From: Marsupella aquatica
Taxonomy: Eukaryota; Plantae; Marchantiophyta
Assembly (NCBI GenBank): GCA_973895155.1
Contig: OZ316896.1
Location: 14,852,684-14,916,683, forward strand
Length of the DNA: 64,000 nt
Direction of reading: 5' to 3'
Below are positions 52,831-63,790 of this stretch, piece after piece; position 1 is the first letter of the stretch, and each line of letters starts with the position of its first letter. A program made the position numbers and the translations under genes. The notes beneath the pieces were generated by a model. The model saw only the letters and a list, made by a program, of their open reading frames with translations, searched no databases and was not told the DNA's origin.

Positions 52831-53089
52831 GCCCGATGGCCCATTATTGGAATACAGTGCCTCCCATGCCCCTTTTTTCGAATTCAGTGCGCTGAGTTGA
52901 GTTGGGGCGAAGACGCTAGTCGAATGTTTTTGGACCCATTTTCTCCCGTGTGAATGGAATTGGTAGTGAACCATCAAGGCATTCCTCTGTCCTCCGAATT
53001 TGGCAAATTGAAGAACAGGAAGAGAGAAAGGAAACAAAGAAGAGAAAGGAAATCATCTGCCTCTTGGTGGTGGAGCAACGGACGTGCCC

Positions 53090-55136
53090 ATGCGCCACCA
53101 TCTTCTCACCGTGGCCCGGCCGACTTACTACAGAGCTCTTCATCTGATCCCGCAACGCAACCCCCACTGCTGCCAACCCTGCACGGCGTGGGCTCTTTCG
53201 GTTCCTTCTCCTCCTCTAGCTCAGAAGTTTTCAGCTCGTGGGGGGGTGAGGTCGTTTCTTCATCTCAAACGCAACCAAGAACGAGCTACTTGTGGGAGTT
53301 TCAGAATGTGCTCTGTAGACACGGCTCCCTCGGCACAGGTGGGTAGTCTCGTGGTCTCTTGATGAGGGCCTCTTCGTGACATAGAATTTAGAGTAGGGTT
53401 CATGGCGTTTTGCGTGTCATTGTCTTGTTCACTCACAAACATCTGGCTTGGAATTCATGTGGCGCATTTAGTCACAGCCTACCCAAATTTGTCCAAATTG
53501 ATCGGTTTCCTGTTTTTGTCTTCGAATAGATGTTGTGGCTTCAATGAGTGGATGGGTGGAGTTCTATGTGAATTCTCTCTGTCATTAATCTCGTCGAGGC
53601 TCTGCCCGAGGATAGTGAGGTGCTTGCCGAAAACAGGATGTAGAATTGTTTTCTGGCTGTGTACGCTGTTTTACTAGTCAAAGTATGTCTGTGCGTGGGG
53701 TGGTGGAGGGGGTGGTGGGGAACAGAACTAAGCTGACAATGGAGTCCTTTCTGTCAGAAACTGAAAGAAGCACATTCAAAGTGAGTCTGTTCCTTATAAT
53801 GAACACAAAGGTAACATGAAAGACTGCTGTCAATGAAGGAATTAATTCATCGAGAGTTGTGGGCTGTCAGGGATTCCAATTTGGACCCTACAAGATTGGT
53901 CCGGAGGAGATCTTTCTGACTACGAAGCTCAGCTTTGCCTTTGTGAATCTTCGACCAGTCGTTCCGGGTAAGGGTTTTGCTCCATAGTTGTAACTGTCTG
54001 TACTGAACTTAGCGAGCTGTCTTTGAAAATTTGTCTCTTATACCATTGAGGAGTTCTGAAGCTGCCTGTTTCTGTTGACACTGTTGATATGTGCTGTGCA
54101 GGTCATATCCTTTATGAATGGATACGTGTTGCATCTAGTGCGTAGGTTGAGCCTCAAACTGCCTGCGATAACCTTCTCTCCCTGCCTAGTGCAGAATCTT
54201 TTAACGGGTTAAGGTCGGGCCGATTACCAGTCTGTTCCACTTGTGGGTTGGATTATATGAGGCTTTGGCATGTGGAGGGTTCTAATAACGGTTTTTTCAT
54301 TTCTGACTCTTGACGCGAGAGATGTTAAGTGCTAAGCCCAAGATTGTGAACCCTTGACAAGAGCAAACATGTTTTGGTTTGTCCACAACGGCTGGTGGCA
54401 CGCTTCGTCGATCTCACTGCGGAAGAAGTAACGGATCTTTGGCTCACCGCCCAGCGAGTGGGTCCAAAATTGGAATCCTTTTTTGATGGATCTTCTTTGA
54501 CTTTGGCTATTCAGGTGCAATCCAGAAACTTTCCCAGTTTTTCAGAATGTCTAGAGCAATCATAGTAGGACAAAGTTCTGGAAAGCCTTCGAAATATTTC
54601 TGTTGCAGGTAAACAGTGTTGACATCGGAAGTTACGATGCTGGTGCCCATGCAGGATGGACCCGAAGCTGGGCAAACCGTTCCACATGTTCATGTCCATA
54701 TTCTACCCAGGAAAAAGGCAGATTTTAAAAACAATGATGAGATATACGATGAGGTATCGACGTTCCGTTTCTCTCTTCTGTTTCGTTTACTGCTTGCTCA
54801 TACAATGTTGCGGGACTTGCCTTTACTTTCCTCTGCGCTGATGAACTAGCAGTCGTGAACGTTTATTTTCTTATAAATTGCGAGTATCATTTCTGAGCGA
54901 AAGATAGAATGTTTAAGATGGATCGAAATCTTAGTCGTTCACCTTTTCTATGTGCAAGACTTGTGATACAAGTGGTGCTATGGAGCTCAGTTATTGAACT
55001 ATGGTTTGCAAAACTTTGTCAGATTGATAAGAAAGAGCAAGAGCTAGGAGACACACTGAATTTGGATCAGGAGAGGAAAGACAGGACGCCGGAAGTGATG
55101 CACCTGGAAGCTACTACGCTCAGAGCATTGTTTTAA
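53090..55136 (+). CDS. FHIT: FHIT-type HIT-family bis(5'-adenosyl)-triphosphatase with a putative organellar targeting N-terminus
   Basis: Exons 53090-53338, 53871-53967, 54102-54104 (micro-exon), 54369-54514, 54655-54753 and 55023-55136. FGPYKI...[18 protein letters not shown]...LTLAIQ|[20 protein letters not shown] (histidine triad)...NDEIYDE...LRALF*. Confidence 0.92.
54102..54104 (+). other. 3-nt micro-exon (GTC) of FHIT
   Basis: TGTGCAG|GTC|ATATCCTTT; it supplies G(G|GT) and H(C|AT) of the invariant PGH motif. Confidence 0.85.
54105..54368 (+). other. U12-type AT-AC intron in FHIT
   Basis: 5' splice site ATATCCTTT at 54105, branch site CCCTTGAC at 54351-54358, terminal AC at 54367-54368. 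Confidence 0.88.
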
Positions 55137-55565
55137 GTCCCGTCCGCCAAAATCGCTTAGGGTCTTGTGGTCTTGATCAGTATGTTTAGCTTTCCAAGTG
55201 TAGCATCCTGGATTACTTTACGCACGCTATATAGCTTCCAATTTCTAAATAGCAAATTGAGCCAATGCTTTAGTCAATGGTTGGAAGAACAATTGACGTA
55301 GAGAGCCAATTTTTTGAACTTCAATTTGGAAGTATGGTTGTAATTTGGCGTCATTTCCATAGACTTGCAACCTGCGAAAGATATTTGAAAGCATAAGAAA
55401 TGAGAAAGAACAGAACAAAGCTCGAAACAGCATGCGCATGAATTCTTGTTGTTTTTTGATAAATATTTGCGCCAAGCACTTGCATTCATTCTTAGGATGG
55501 GATAACAGTCTTCTTGTCGTCGTGGTATTTTCTTTTGGGTCTCAAAATGTTCTTCTAAGAATGAT

Positions 55566-55714
55566 TTGTCAAAAGCTATTGACGCGACTTTTGTATGACT
55601 TTATGAGATGTCGACTGTCCTCTGTGTATACTCTGGTATGGCAGCCTGTGCTTTTATTTCCATCTTGAATCGGAGTGGATTGTCAAAAGCTATTGACGCG
55701 ACTTTTGTATGACT
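55566..55714. repeat. 34-bp direct repeat between FHIT and TBP
   Basis: ttgtcaaaagctattgacgcgacttttgtatgact occurs near 55567 and 55680. Confidence 0.85.
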
Positions 55715-56275
55715 ATATGTCACTCCCTCTTCAAGGATTTGACAGAAAGAAGTAGGAGGATTGAATGACAAGCTGCACGACATTTCTAGAGAAATCATAC
55801 ACTGGCTCCCTGCATGCTGGAGCTGGGATTGGTGCAAACCTCCTGTACATGCACAGAAGCCCAAGCCCGAGCCCAGCGTCCAATGTGTTCCCTCCCACGT
55901 TAGCCAGGCCAAGTCTCAGATTTAATAGTCCTTGTGGGATTTGCTTGCTGGTAACGGATGTCATGGTTGCCTGTTTGATTTCTCGTCCAAGCATAGAAAT
56001 GGTTCTTCTAATGAGGTATTGTGTTCGACATATACCCTGTTCTCGTCGTCCCCTTGATATTTGTTATGACCTGTTTTCCTGAATCTCTTTTCTCTCACAT
56101 TGATGAAAGGATTGGAATGGTCCTCCTGCACACTGAAAGCTAATCGTCCTGAGTGATCCCAGTACGCTCCAGTTTGACCATATCGTAAACAAGCCTTGTA
56201 CCGAGTTTAATTTTCAAGGAAGTTTCAATAACTTTGTTAAAGAGCGATCATTTTGACGTGCGAGTTGAGATCATT

Positions 56276-56366
56276 GTGAGATTATTATGAGTGAGAGAGA
56301 TTATTATGAGTGAGAGAGAGAGATTATTATGAGTGAGAGAGATTATTATGAGTGAGAGAGATTATA
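56276..56366. repeat. About 19-23-bp minisatellite (gagattattatgagtgaga(ga)n), 4-5 copies
   Basis: Directly visible tandem array. Confidence 0.9.
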
Positions 56367-57531
56367 TAGGTTTCTTGACTTGTCATCTCAATGAATCATC
56401 GTTGAACATTAAGAGAGTGCTCTTCTGATGAAAGAGGGAAATGTTCTTCATGGCATGGACAACTCCTTGAATATTTAGAGAATGCTCTTCTGATGGAAGA
56501 GGCAACTGTTCTTGGCATGGACAACTAGGCTCACAAATTGACAAATAATTGCAAATAGCTACCCGCAAATGCAGATGAGCTGATTCTTAATATTCATTGA
56601 CAATTGCTTACAGAGGTGAGTAGCACGAGAGCCATTTTAAGCTCTTGCAAAGAATGCATGCGAACAGCAAGTCTCACTAAGATTTACTAGAATATGTTGT
56701 CGTGCAAGGCTGCTTCCGAAATATCGAACACTGCCATGTACACCCAAACCACCAAAATTTGAAGGAAGGAAAATGTTCGAGGAGGCAGAATGGATGACGA
56801 CACTAATTGATGCCTTCAAATATCCGCTGAGCCAAGTACCTAGCTACGGTTCTCATCTTGTACATCTAAAAACGAAGCTGTCGTAAGACACAACATTTTT
56901 AGCTCCCCAGACACCTCCAAAACTCAGGACGCCAGTTACGGCATGAAGAAGGTGCCAGTTGAGAGTTTTCCGGAGTAGACATCAGGAACTGCTGATACTG
57001 TTAATACAGTGCTGCCTGCGTCACTCTGCAAGCCTGTGTTCTGTCCACTCGATGTCTGGTGGTCAAGCCTGGTTGATAGATCTTCAGCCGTGTAGAGTTT
57101 GCGGCACATCTCCAGTAGAGCCAAATGGTGACTGAAAGGGATGCATTTATATGTACAACTGCGAGGGGTATGCTTATGGGAGCACCCCTCCCCTACATGG
57201 CTGAATTTAGACGGGAAGTTCTTCAGTGCAATAAGAAATAGTCGCTTGACCTTTCCAGGATTTCCACGGCCGACACTTCATTGCGGATGAATATCTGCAT
57301 CAGTAAGTTCCGAGATGGAAACTGAAGTCAGTGGTATACATCTATTCAGATTTCATCAGAAAATAATTTACAAACGAGGCTATATAACACTTATATTGGG
57401 ACAGTCGAATTCAATGCAAGCGTAAGTTTTATCAGAAGAGACCCAATGACCTACACTTACAAAGAGTCGCTATAACTAAACTGAGTCTTGAAGGACACGA
57501 CCCCCACACAGAACAACAGGAAGGAGGAATC

Positions 57532-60414
57532 TCACCACTGCTGGATCTTTCTAAACTCTGACAATACAGGATAGATATTTTCGAAAGCCTCGTAAATTTC
57601 GTCCCTTACCTGGAAAAACAGTACGCATTTCAATTAGCCACATTATGCGTGTAAAGTAGAAGTCCGGAAATTTTCTCAAAGCACCATGAGGGGCAGATGA
57701 CTGGTGCGATAACTCAATATATTTCTGGTCCACACCTTGATTTTAGACCACACTGCCAAGATTGACGAATGCAACACAGCAACCATAACCGCATCATGCA
57801 AACTGTAAAAAACCACGAGTAGAACGAATTACCTTGGCACCCGTTAACACAATCTTCCCTGACACAAAGATGAGCAGGACAATCTTTGGTTGCTTCATTC
57901 TGTAAATCAACCCAGGAAACAGCTCGGGCTCATACTGCGGAAACACCCACCAACACGGTCAACGGAGCTCTGAAGAGTCACATTGAGGTAATCCACACAC
58001 GCAAATTATCATCCTCTCCTGGGTTCCCAATAAAGTCCATCCTCTTGAAATGCTTTCAGAAGATTACTTACACTAGAAAAGTGACCGTGGGCATATGCCA
58101 AACCTTCCAATCTGATGGGAAACTTCACGTCGCAAGACGCCACAATATTCTGGATTTTAAAGTCCTGCAAACCGTTTGAGGCTAGGTGAGCTACACACCT
58201 GATAAGTTCACCTTCAACCACTCAAACAATATCCAAAGCACTTCACATCAATTCGAAAGAGGGCAGGGAATTATAGAGGTAAGATTGTATTTGTACCTTG
58301 AATTGTGCGGGAAATCCCAGCTTTTGGATGATGCGTGCATACTGCAGCCTCCATAGCAATGACGCCCGATGTTAAAATTCTAATTGATAGTAAGCTGTAT
58401 CATCTTTCCACATAGAAAGCACGTTTCTCACTTAAGCCTCTGACAATCATAAAAAATATCACCTTTCTAGCTGCCAGCTTTGATTGCTGTTCGCTTTTAG
58501 CACCAGTGCAAACCTGCAAAGCCATAGCCAAATTAATGATCAATGATGCCGCTATCCTGTCACCAATTACCAGACTATGACGGATAAGAAACAACACATT
58601 CTCGAGTTGCCAACGTGAGGTATGCCCAGGAGTGCTTCAAACGCTCCGGTGATACGTAAAACGGTGCAGCGAGGAAGGAAATCGAAGTTCAGAAAAGATT
58701 TCACGGGCAAGTATGTTCCTTACCATCTTCCCTGATGCAAAAATGAGAGCGGTCGTCTTTGGTTCTCTAATCCGCATGATTACAGCAGCAAAACGCTGTT
58801 CAAAACCCAAACCGAACTAAGCTTAACAAGATATCATCATTCCTGAGTTCGTTGAAAGAAGGAAAGATGTGAAGTATACCAACTCATCACCGGATAAAAC
58901 TTTGAAATCTTACATGGAGCGGCATAGAATCTTAGACACAGTTGGCTCCACACTGAACCGCTGACTAAATTTACTGTGACTATAGGACTATGGGGGCACG
59001 TCACCAAGTCACATGCTACATACCGCAATGTCAAAAGTCTCGAGCCTCAAGACATCCTGGCTGTTACGTCACGATTATCAGTAGATCTCTTGCTAATAAA
59101 AGATTTGAAGGCATGAGTATGAGCATACTTTTGGGTTGTACTCGGCATTTCTTGCGTGCAAAGCAATTGTCTTGAGTTCCAGCTTGCAATCCATGTTCAC
59201 CGTGGAGACAACATTCCTGTTGGGAACATTTCATCAGCCAACTAGGGAAATGATGACGCTGACTGAATATCGGCCTCCCTCAATGATCATCTGGCATATT
59301 TCTATTGAATGTCACATTTTCAGTGACCAGTCGTGACCTTCGTTGATTCGATGTACAGCGGGCTGCTAAATATTAACGTTCAAAAATGAGAGGGAAGCTT
59401 GTTGATCGGTGGGTACTCAGTGTAGCACAACAATACAGAGGTACATCAAGAAGGAAAAGCCATCATGCAAAACGCGTCTGACAGAGACGTAGGATCCTTA
59501 CACACATTGACATACAGATGGAAAATTAAGTTATGACGTAGAGCAATGCCCACTGGCTAACCCACGCACATTTGTGAGAAACTACGGTAAATCATGGATG
59601 CCAAACTTCACGGACCACTTTCACCGATACCAATGCCGATGACCGAACTTCTTAATTCTTAATTTGTCATCCAGGCCTGAGTATACGGCAATTAAGAGAA
59701 ACTACGCTAACATCCCGAAGATAAAGTAAACTTCGAGCTATATTCATCTGTTAAAGATCTCTGAGGCACACGTGCGAAGGCAACGCAGGCCCATCCTAAA
59801 TACACATCGGCTTAACCACGAGTATGCAGTATGAATTGGAACACCACTCAAAGATCCAAGTCATTCACAACAATGTTCTTCTCCCTCGAACACACAAAAA
59901 GAACTGACATGCAATAATTAGTCACTTCACTCGGAATGACAGATACCAGGGTGTACCGTTGAGTGGCCACTACAACAGGGCCATCCACGCAATCTCATTT
60001 GTACTGAATGTTTTCAGATGCAGACAGCCGGTCTTGCTTAACTCACTTACCAGTTTACCTTTAGATGGCTTCTGCTGGGCATAATTATAATCCAAGAGCT
60101 ACAGGATCCACACGTACTTGCATTTGCGAGGATGAGATTGTGCACACAGATCTAGTCGGTGGCGTCGTGGCTACGTATTCTCTTCACGGCTTATCCTTGA
60201 GTTACAACCATGTACTGTGGTCTGGGATAAACACTCTCTAGCTGACTGCCCAAAACTAAAAGCACAAAGTCAACTGGAAGACCTGGGGTTAACTTCAGGC
60301 TTAATCATTCTCCCCCAGCTGGTCTGGAGGTACTTACTGGAGGGTTGGAATAATCCCTGAAGGGTGCTTGGCAAGATCCACGGGCTGGCTACCTTCCAGC
60401 GTAAGCTCTGCCAT
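57532..60414 (-). CDS. TBP: TATA-box-binding protein
   Basis: Exons 60414-60338 ([26 protein letters not shown]), 59216-59129 (NVVSTVN...ARNAEYNPK), 58795-58724 ([24 protein letters not shown]), 58513-58463, 58341-58297, 58164-58072, 57934-57833 ([13 protein letters not shown]...) and 57609-57536 (...FRKIQQ). All phases are consistent. The stop is either unspliced TGG TGA or a TG|A split by an intron. Confidence 0.97.
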
Positions 60415-61499
60415 ACAGGCTGATCTTGACAAGCGCGACTAGCGGATGTTGGTCTGCAAATTACAAACTCATATGTGTGAACTTCTGGGTACATGCTCAT
60501 GCGTGCAATTCAGTACACGGCGATACGTACAAAAGGAGTGCAATCATCTATGCCTCAAAATTAGGCACAAGCAACCGGTGCGGCAGGGACGATGGTCTGC
60601 AACTGTGAAACGTAGCCAAAGAGTGACATCTTTAGACCCAGGCATATAACCGGATCGAGAATACATCATGATTGCTAACTGACTTTGTTCACCTTCGCAA
60701 ATCAACTAAGCCACCGCTAAGAGGGAGCTCTCCCCCTACCCACTAAGACGACTTCAAAGAACTCATTTCCATACTACACCCAACACACCCATTCAACCTA
60801 ATAACTACCGGGACTTTCGTAAGTCAAAATCATCGTCATTGTGCGGGCCGCATATGGAAGACAGCCTGCTAGTGAAGACAACCTGACTAATGCAAGTGGA
60901 AAACGCCCTCACGAAGACGAAATACACCCTGAATAGCGAAGATGGAAGCCAACCTCACTATTGACCATGGAGGACATCGTGACTACTAGTGGTGGGGAAA
61001 TCCTGACTGAAATGACGATGAAAGACATCCTCACTAGTGAAGATGGGCGACAGATTCCCATCAATCTTTTCCGTCAAGCGGCAGGACCTCTGCAGGATGA
61101 TAACATGAAAAAATGGAGGGTAAGGCACTCACGAGTTCCCTCAAGAAAGCGAGGCCTCTCGTTCCTGCCGTGAATTCCAAGCCGCTAGACAGCCAGATCC
61201 CGACCCACGAGGTTGAATCAATCCACAGAGAAGTCCGTTAAGAAAGTAGTAGGATGACACCAGATCACGTTCGTTGGCTTCAAGCTCCGATGCCCACCCT
61301 GCCCCACCAAAACCTCGATCGGAGGGAGGGTGGCGGAAGGCAGGAAAGACGAGGAAGCACCCGACCAGCCTCGGACTAAAAGGGTACGGTTAGAATATCC
61401 AGACTAGTCACCCCAAGCTTGCCAGCCGGCCCAGCCCCACTTCGTGATAAAGCTTCTTCTCAGAACAACTGCCACCACAACTTCTTCCAATTCCTTCCT

Positions 61500-62396
61500 C
61501 TATATAAGACGTCTGTCACCACCACTTCCTCCAATTTATCCCTCGACACTTATATACCCGAGTCCAGAGATCGCATGAACGGCCGGAGACGCCAAAGTGC
61601 TCACAAAGATCCGTCAAGATTAGAAGAAGCTTATAAGCATGTCAACCAGCGAGTAGGGCATCAGCGACAGGCGGAGTCGATCCGAAGCGTGAAAGCAGCA
61701 GTCTACAACTCTACACTTTATATAGAGAACCACGCAGGCTCTCGAGGACTTCAAGTTATACGAATCTCTCGCCCTCTGATTGATTCCCGAGCGGGCCGAC
61801 GACGGATGCAGCAGCACCCAGGCAGGGAGAATGTTGTTCGTCCGGTCCGGTCCCTTCCAGGCGGCGAGGGAGCACGTGGTCTCTTCTCCACAGCGAATCT
61901 GTGGTCCTCTCTTTCTCTCTTCTCTCTCTTCGTCCCTCCCGCTTTTTGCTGCTTTCGCTCCCCTTCTTCTCTCCTCCTCTTTATACTAGTGCGGAGCCGG
62001 CACTCGCTCCTCTTCTTCTCTCCTCCTCTTTATACTAGTGCACAGCCGGCACGCTCTTCCTCCGCACTTATATACAGCGAGAAAACAGAGCAATTGATTG
62101 ACACAGAGCGAGAAGAGAGCTGTTGTTCGTTGGGGAGCGCGTGGCGCAGAGAGACTCAGCAGACACAGAGAGAGAGAGGGAGGGTAGCAAAATGATCGCT
62201 CGAGCGGCCTTCGGGGTCTTATAGGCGCGGCGAGCGAGGGGCCTGCCGCGGCGGGTGGCAGGGACAAGGAAGGGGGGGATGGCGTGTCGAGGACCGGTGA
62301 TCGCGATGGAAACAGGGCGGAAAGGTGAGCGCTGCGCTGAGTCATCAAAAGGAGCGAGGCCGTGTGGCCATGCGCGGGTTTATGCTGTTTATATAA
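61500..62396 (-). promoter_or_regulatory. TBP promoter / 5' leader with multiple TATA-box motifs
   Basis: Minus-strand TATA motifs at 62388-62395, 62217-62223, 62067-62074, 62027-62034, 61978-61985, 61717-61724 and 61549-61556; plus-strand TATATAAG at 61501-61508. CT/GA-rich tracts are typical of plant 5' leaders. Confidence 0.6.
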
Positions 62397-63146
62397 GCTG
62401 GCGAGATAGACAGGCTAGCTACTAGCTAGGGGCGGAAGGAGGGGCGTAGGGGAGGACGGGCTAGCCAGGGACGGAAGGAGGGAACGCGTAGGGGTATAGG
62501 GTAATCCCCAAAGGTGGTTAGCCCCAGTGGTATTATTACCCTAAAGTGGCGTTTTTAAGGCCCGCTACCCTGACAGGAGGGGACGGGTCACCCCAGACGT
62601 AGACCGATTTTTCGTCTCAGGATGGGGGGTTACCTAACCCCATACGTAGACCGATTTTTTTTCTCGTATAGAAGTCGTGATGAATCGCACAAACGTTAAG
62701 GAAAAGTGTCTCTATATTATTCTCTTTGGCCATCCATGAAATGCCACATTAGATAAAAAATTTAGAATTATATCTCCTAAAATAAAATACTCACCGAATG
62801 CTCATACAGTCAGTGTTTTATGTGTACAGCTGTATGCCCTAAAGGTGTTAGAGGATGCCAAACAGCTGTGTTGGGACGCTAATGAGCTCAACGGCAGCGG
62901 TTTAAGTTCCAGAACAGGGTGTCCAATGTGCCTACACAGGCGATTCAAACAGGGTGTCTATGTACCCATGGCAATTCAGAACACTGTTTTTTCATTTGAA
63001 AAATGCATTTATTAGAGAAGCCACTGCGGCAAAGACCAGTGAGGCAGACAACAAACCAAACCATGGGCCACATGCGCCCAAACAGTGACTCAATGCCAGA
63101 ACACGGTGCCTACTCATCAAATGTAAACCTACTCAAAAGTCACATA

Positions 63147-63790
63147 TCAAATATGAGGAAAACTGCAATGGAGAGCAAGAACTTTATTATATGAAAAGAA
63201 ACGATTCACATTGAAAGGAGCCTTGTGAGGCAGTGCGTTTGCCTTGTTCTCCACGTCCAAAACCATCAGGTCCACTTCATGAATCTCCACAACTTCAGCT
63301 GCAAAAGCAGCTATACTCATCCCCACAATTGTAGTGTCAGATATGCACACTTTGTTGCTGTGGTTGTTGGAGCTACTTGTAAAACAAAAAAGTCTCACTG
63401 TCAATAGCTGAATTATGATAAAGGACATTTATGAAATTCACAAGTCTAATTGGACAGTATCTAAGACCTGTGAACGAGTCTTCTTCAGAGCCGCACACTT
63501 CTCAGCACCTTCAATCACATTATTCTTGAACAGATCCGTCTCTTGAACAACGTTAGAGTTATAAGCGCTCCCCTCACCTGCAAATCTAAGAGCAACATGA
63601 ACTTGTGCTTCAAGAGAGCAGTCATATCAGTTGTAAGCACCTTGAGATTTGTGGGCATTGATCCACATTCCCATTGCAGGTGGTACACCTTTGAAAGCTA
63701 TCCTCATAATGCATGTTGTTCTCCCATCATCATCTCCTATTCAATGATCCATAGATAACTCTATTACGGGGTCTCATTGAACCTCTTGGT
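63147..63790 (-). mobile_element. Decayed LTR-retrotransposon gag-like remnant
   Basis: ORF 63147-63428 has CFTSSSNNHSNKVC, a degenerate C-x2-C-x4-H-x4-C zinc knuckle with the second Cys replaced by Ser. The upstream frame is broken by stops. Confidence 0.35.

Noticed and set aside
46871-55136. QPRT and FHIT adjacent and co-oriented as a nucleotide-metabolism 'operon'
   Set aside because: They are separated by about 3.5 kb that includes a MITE, FHIT has its own promoter-like region, and I know of no direct shared pathway step.
61419-62195. 258-aa plus-strand ORF antisense to the TBP leader
   Set aside because: It has a non-ATG start, repeat-driven composition and no recognisable motif; the open frame is explained by stop-poor GC/CT-rich sequence.
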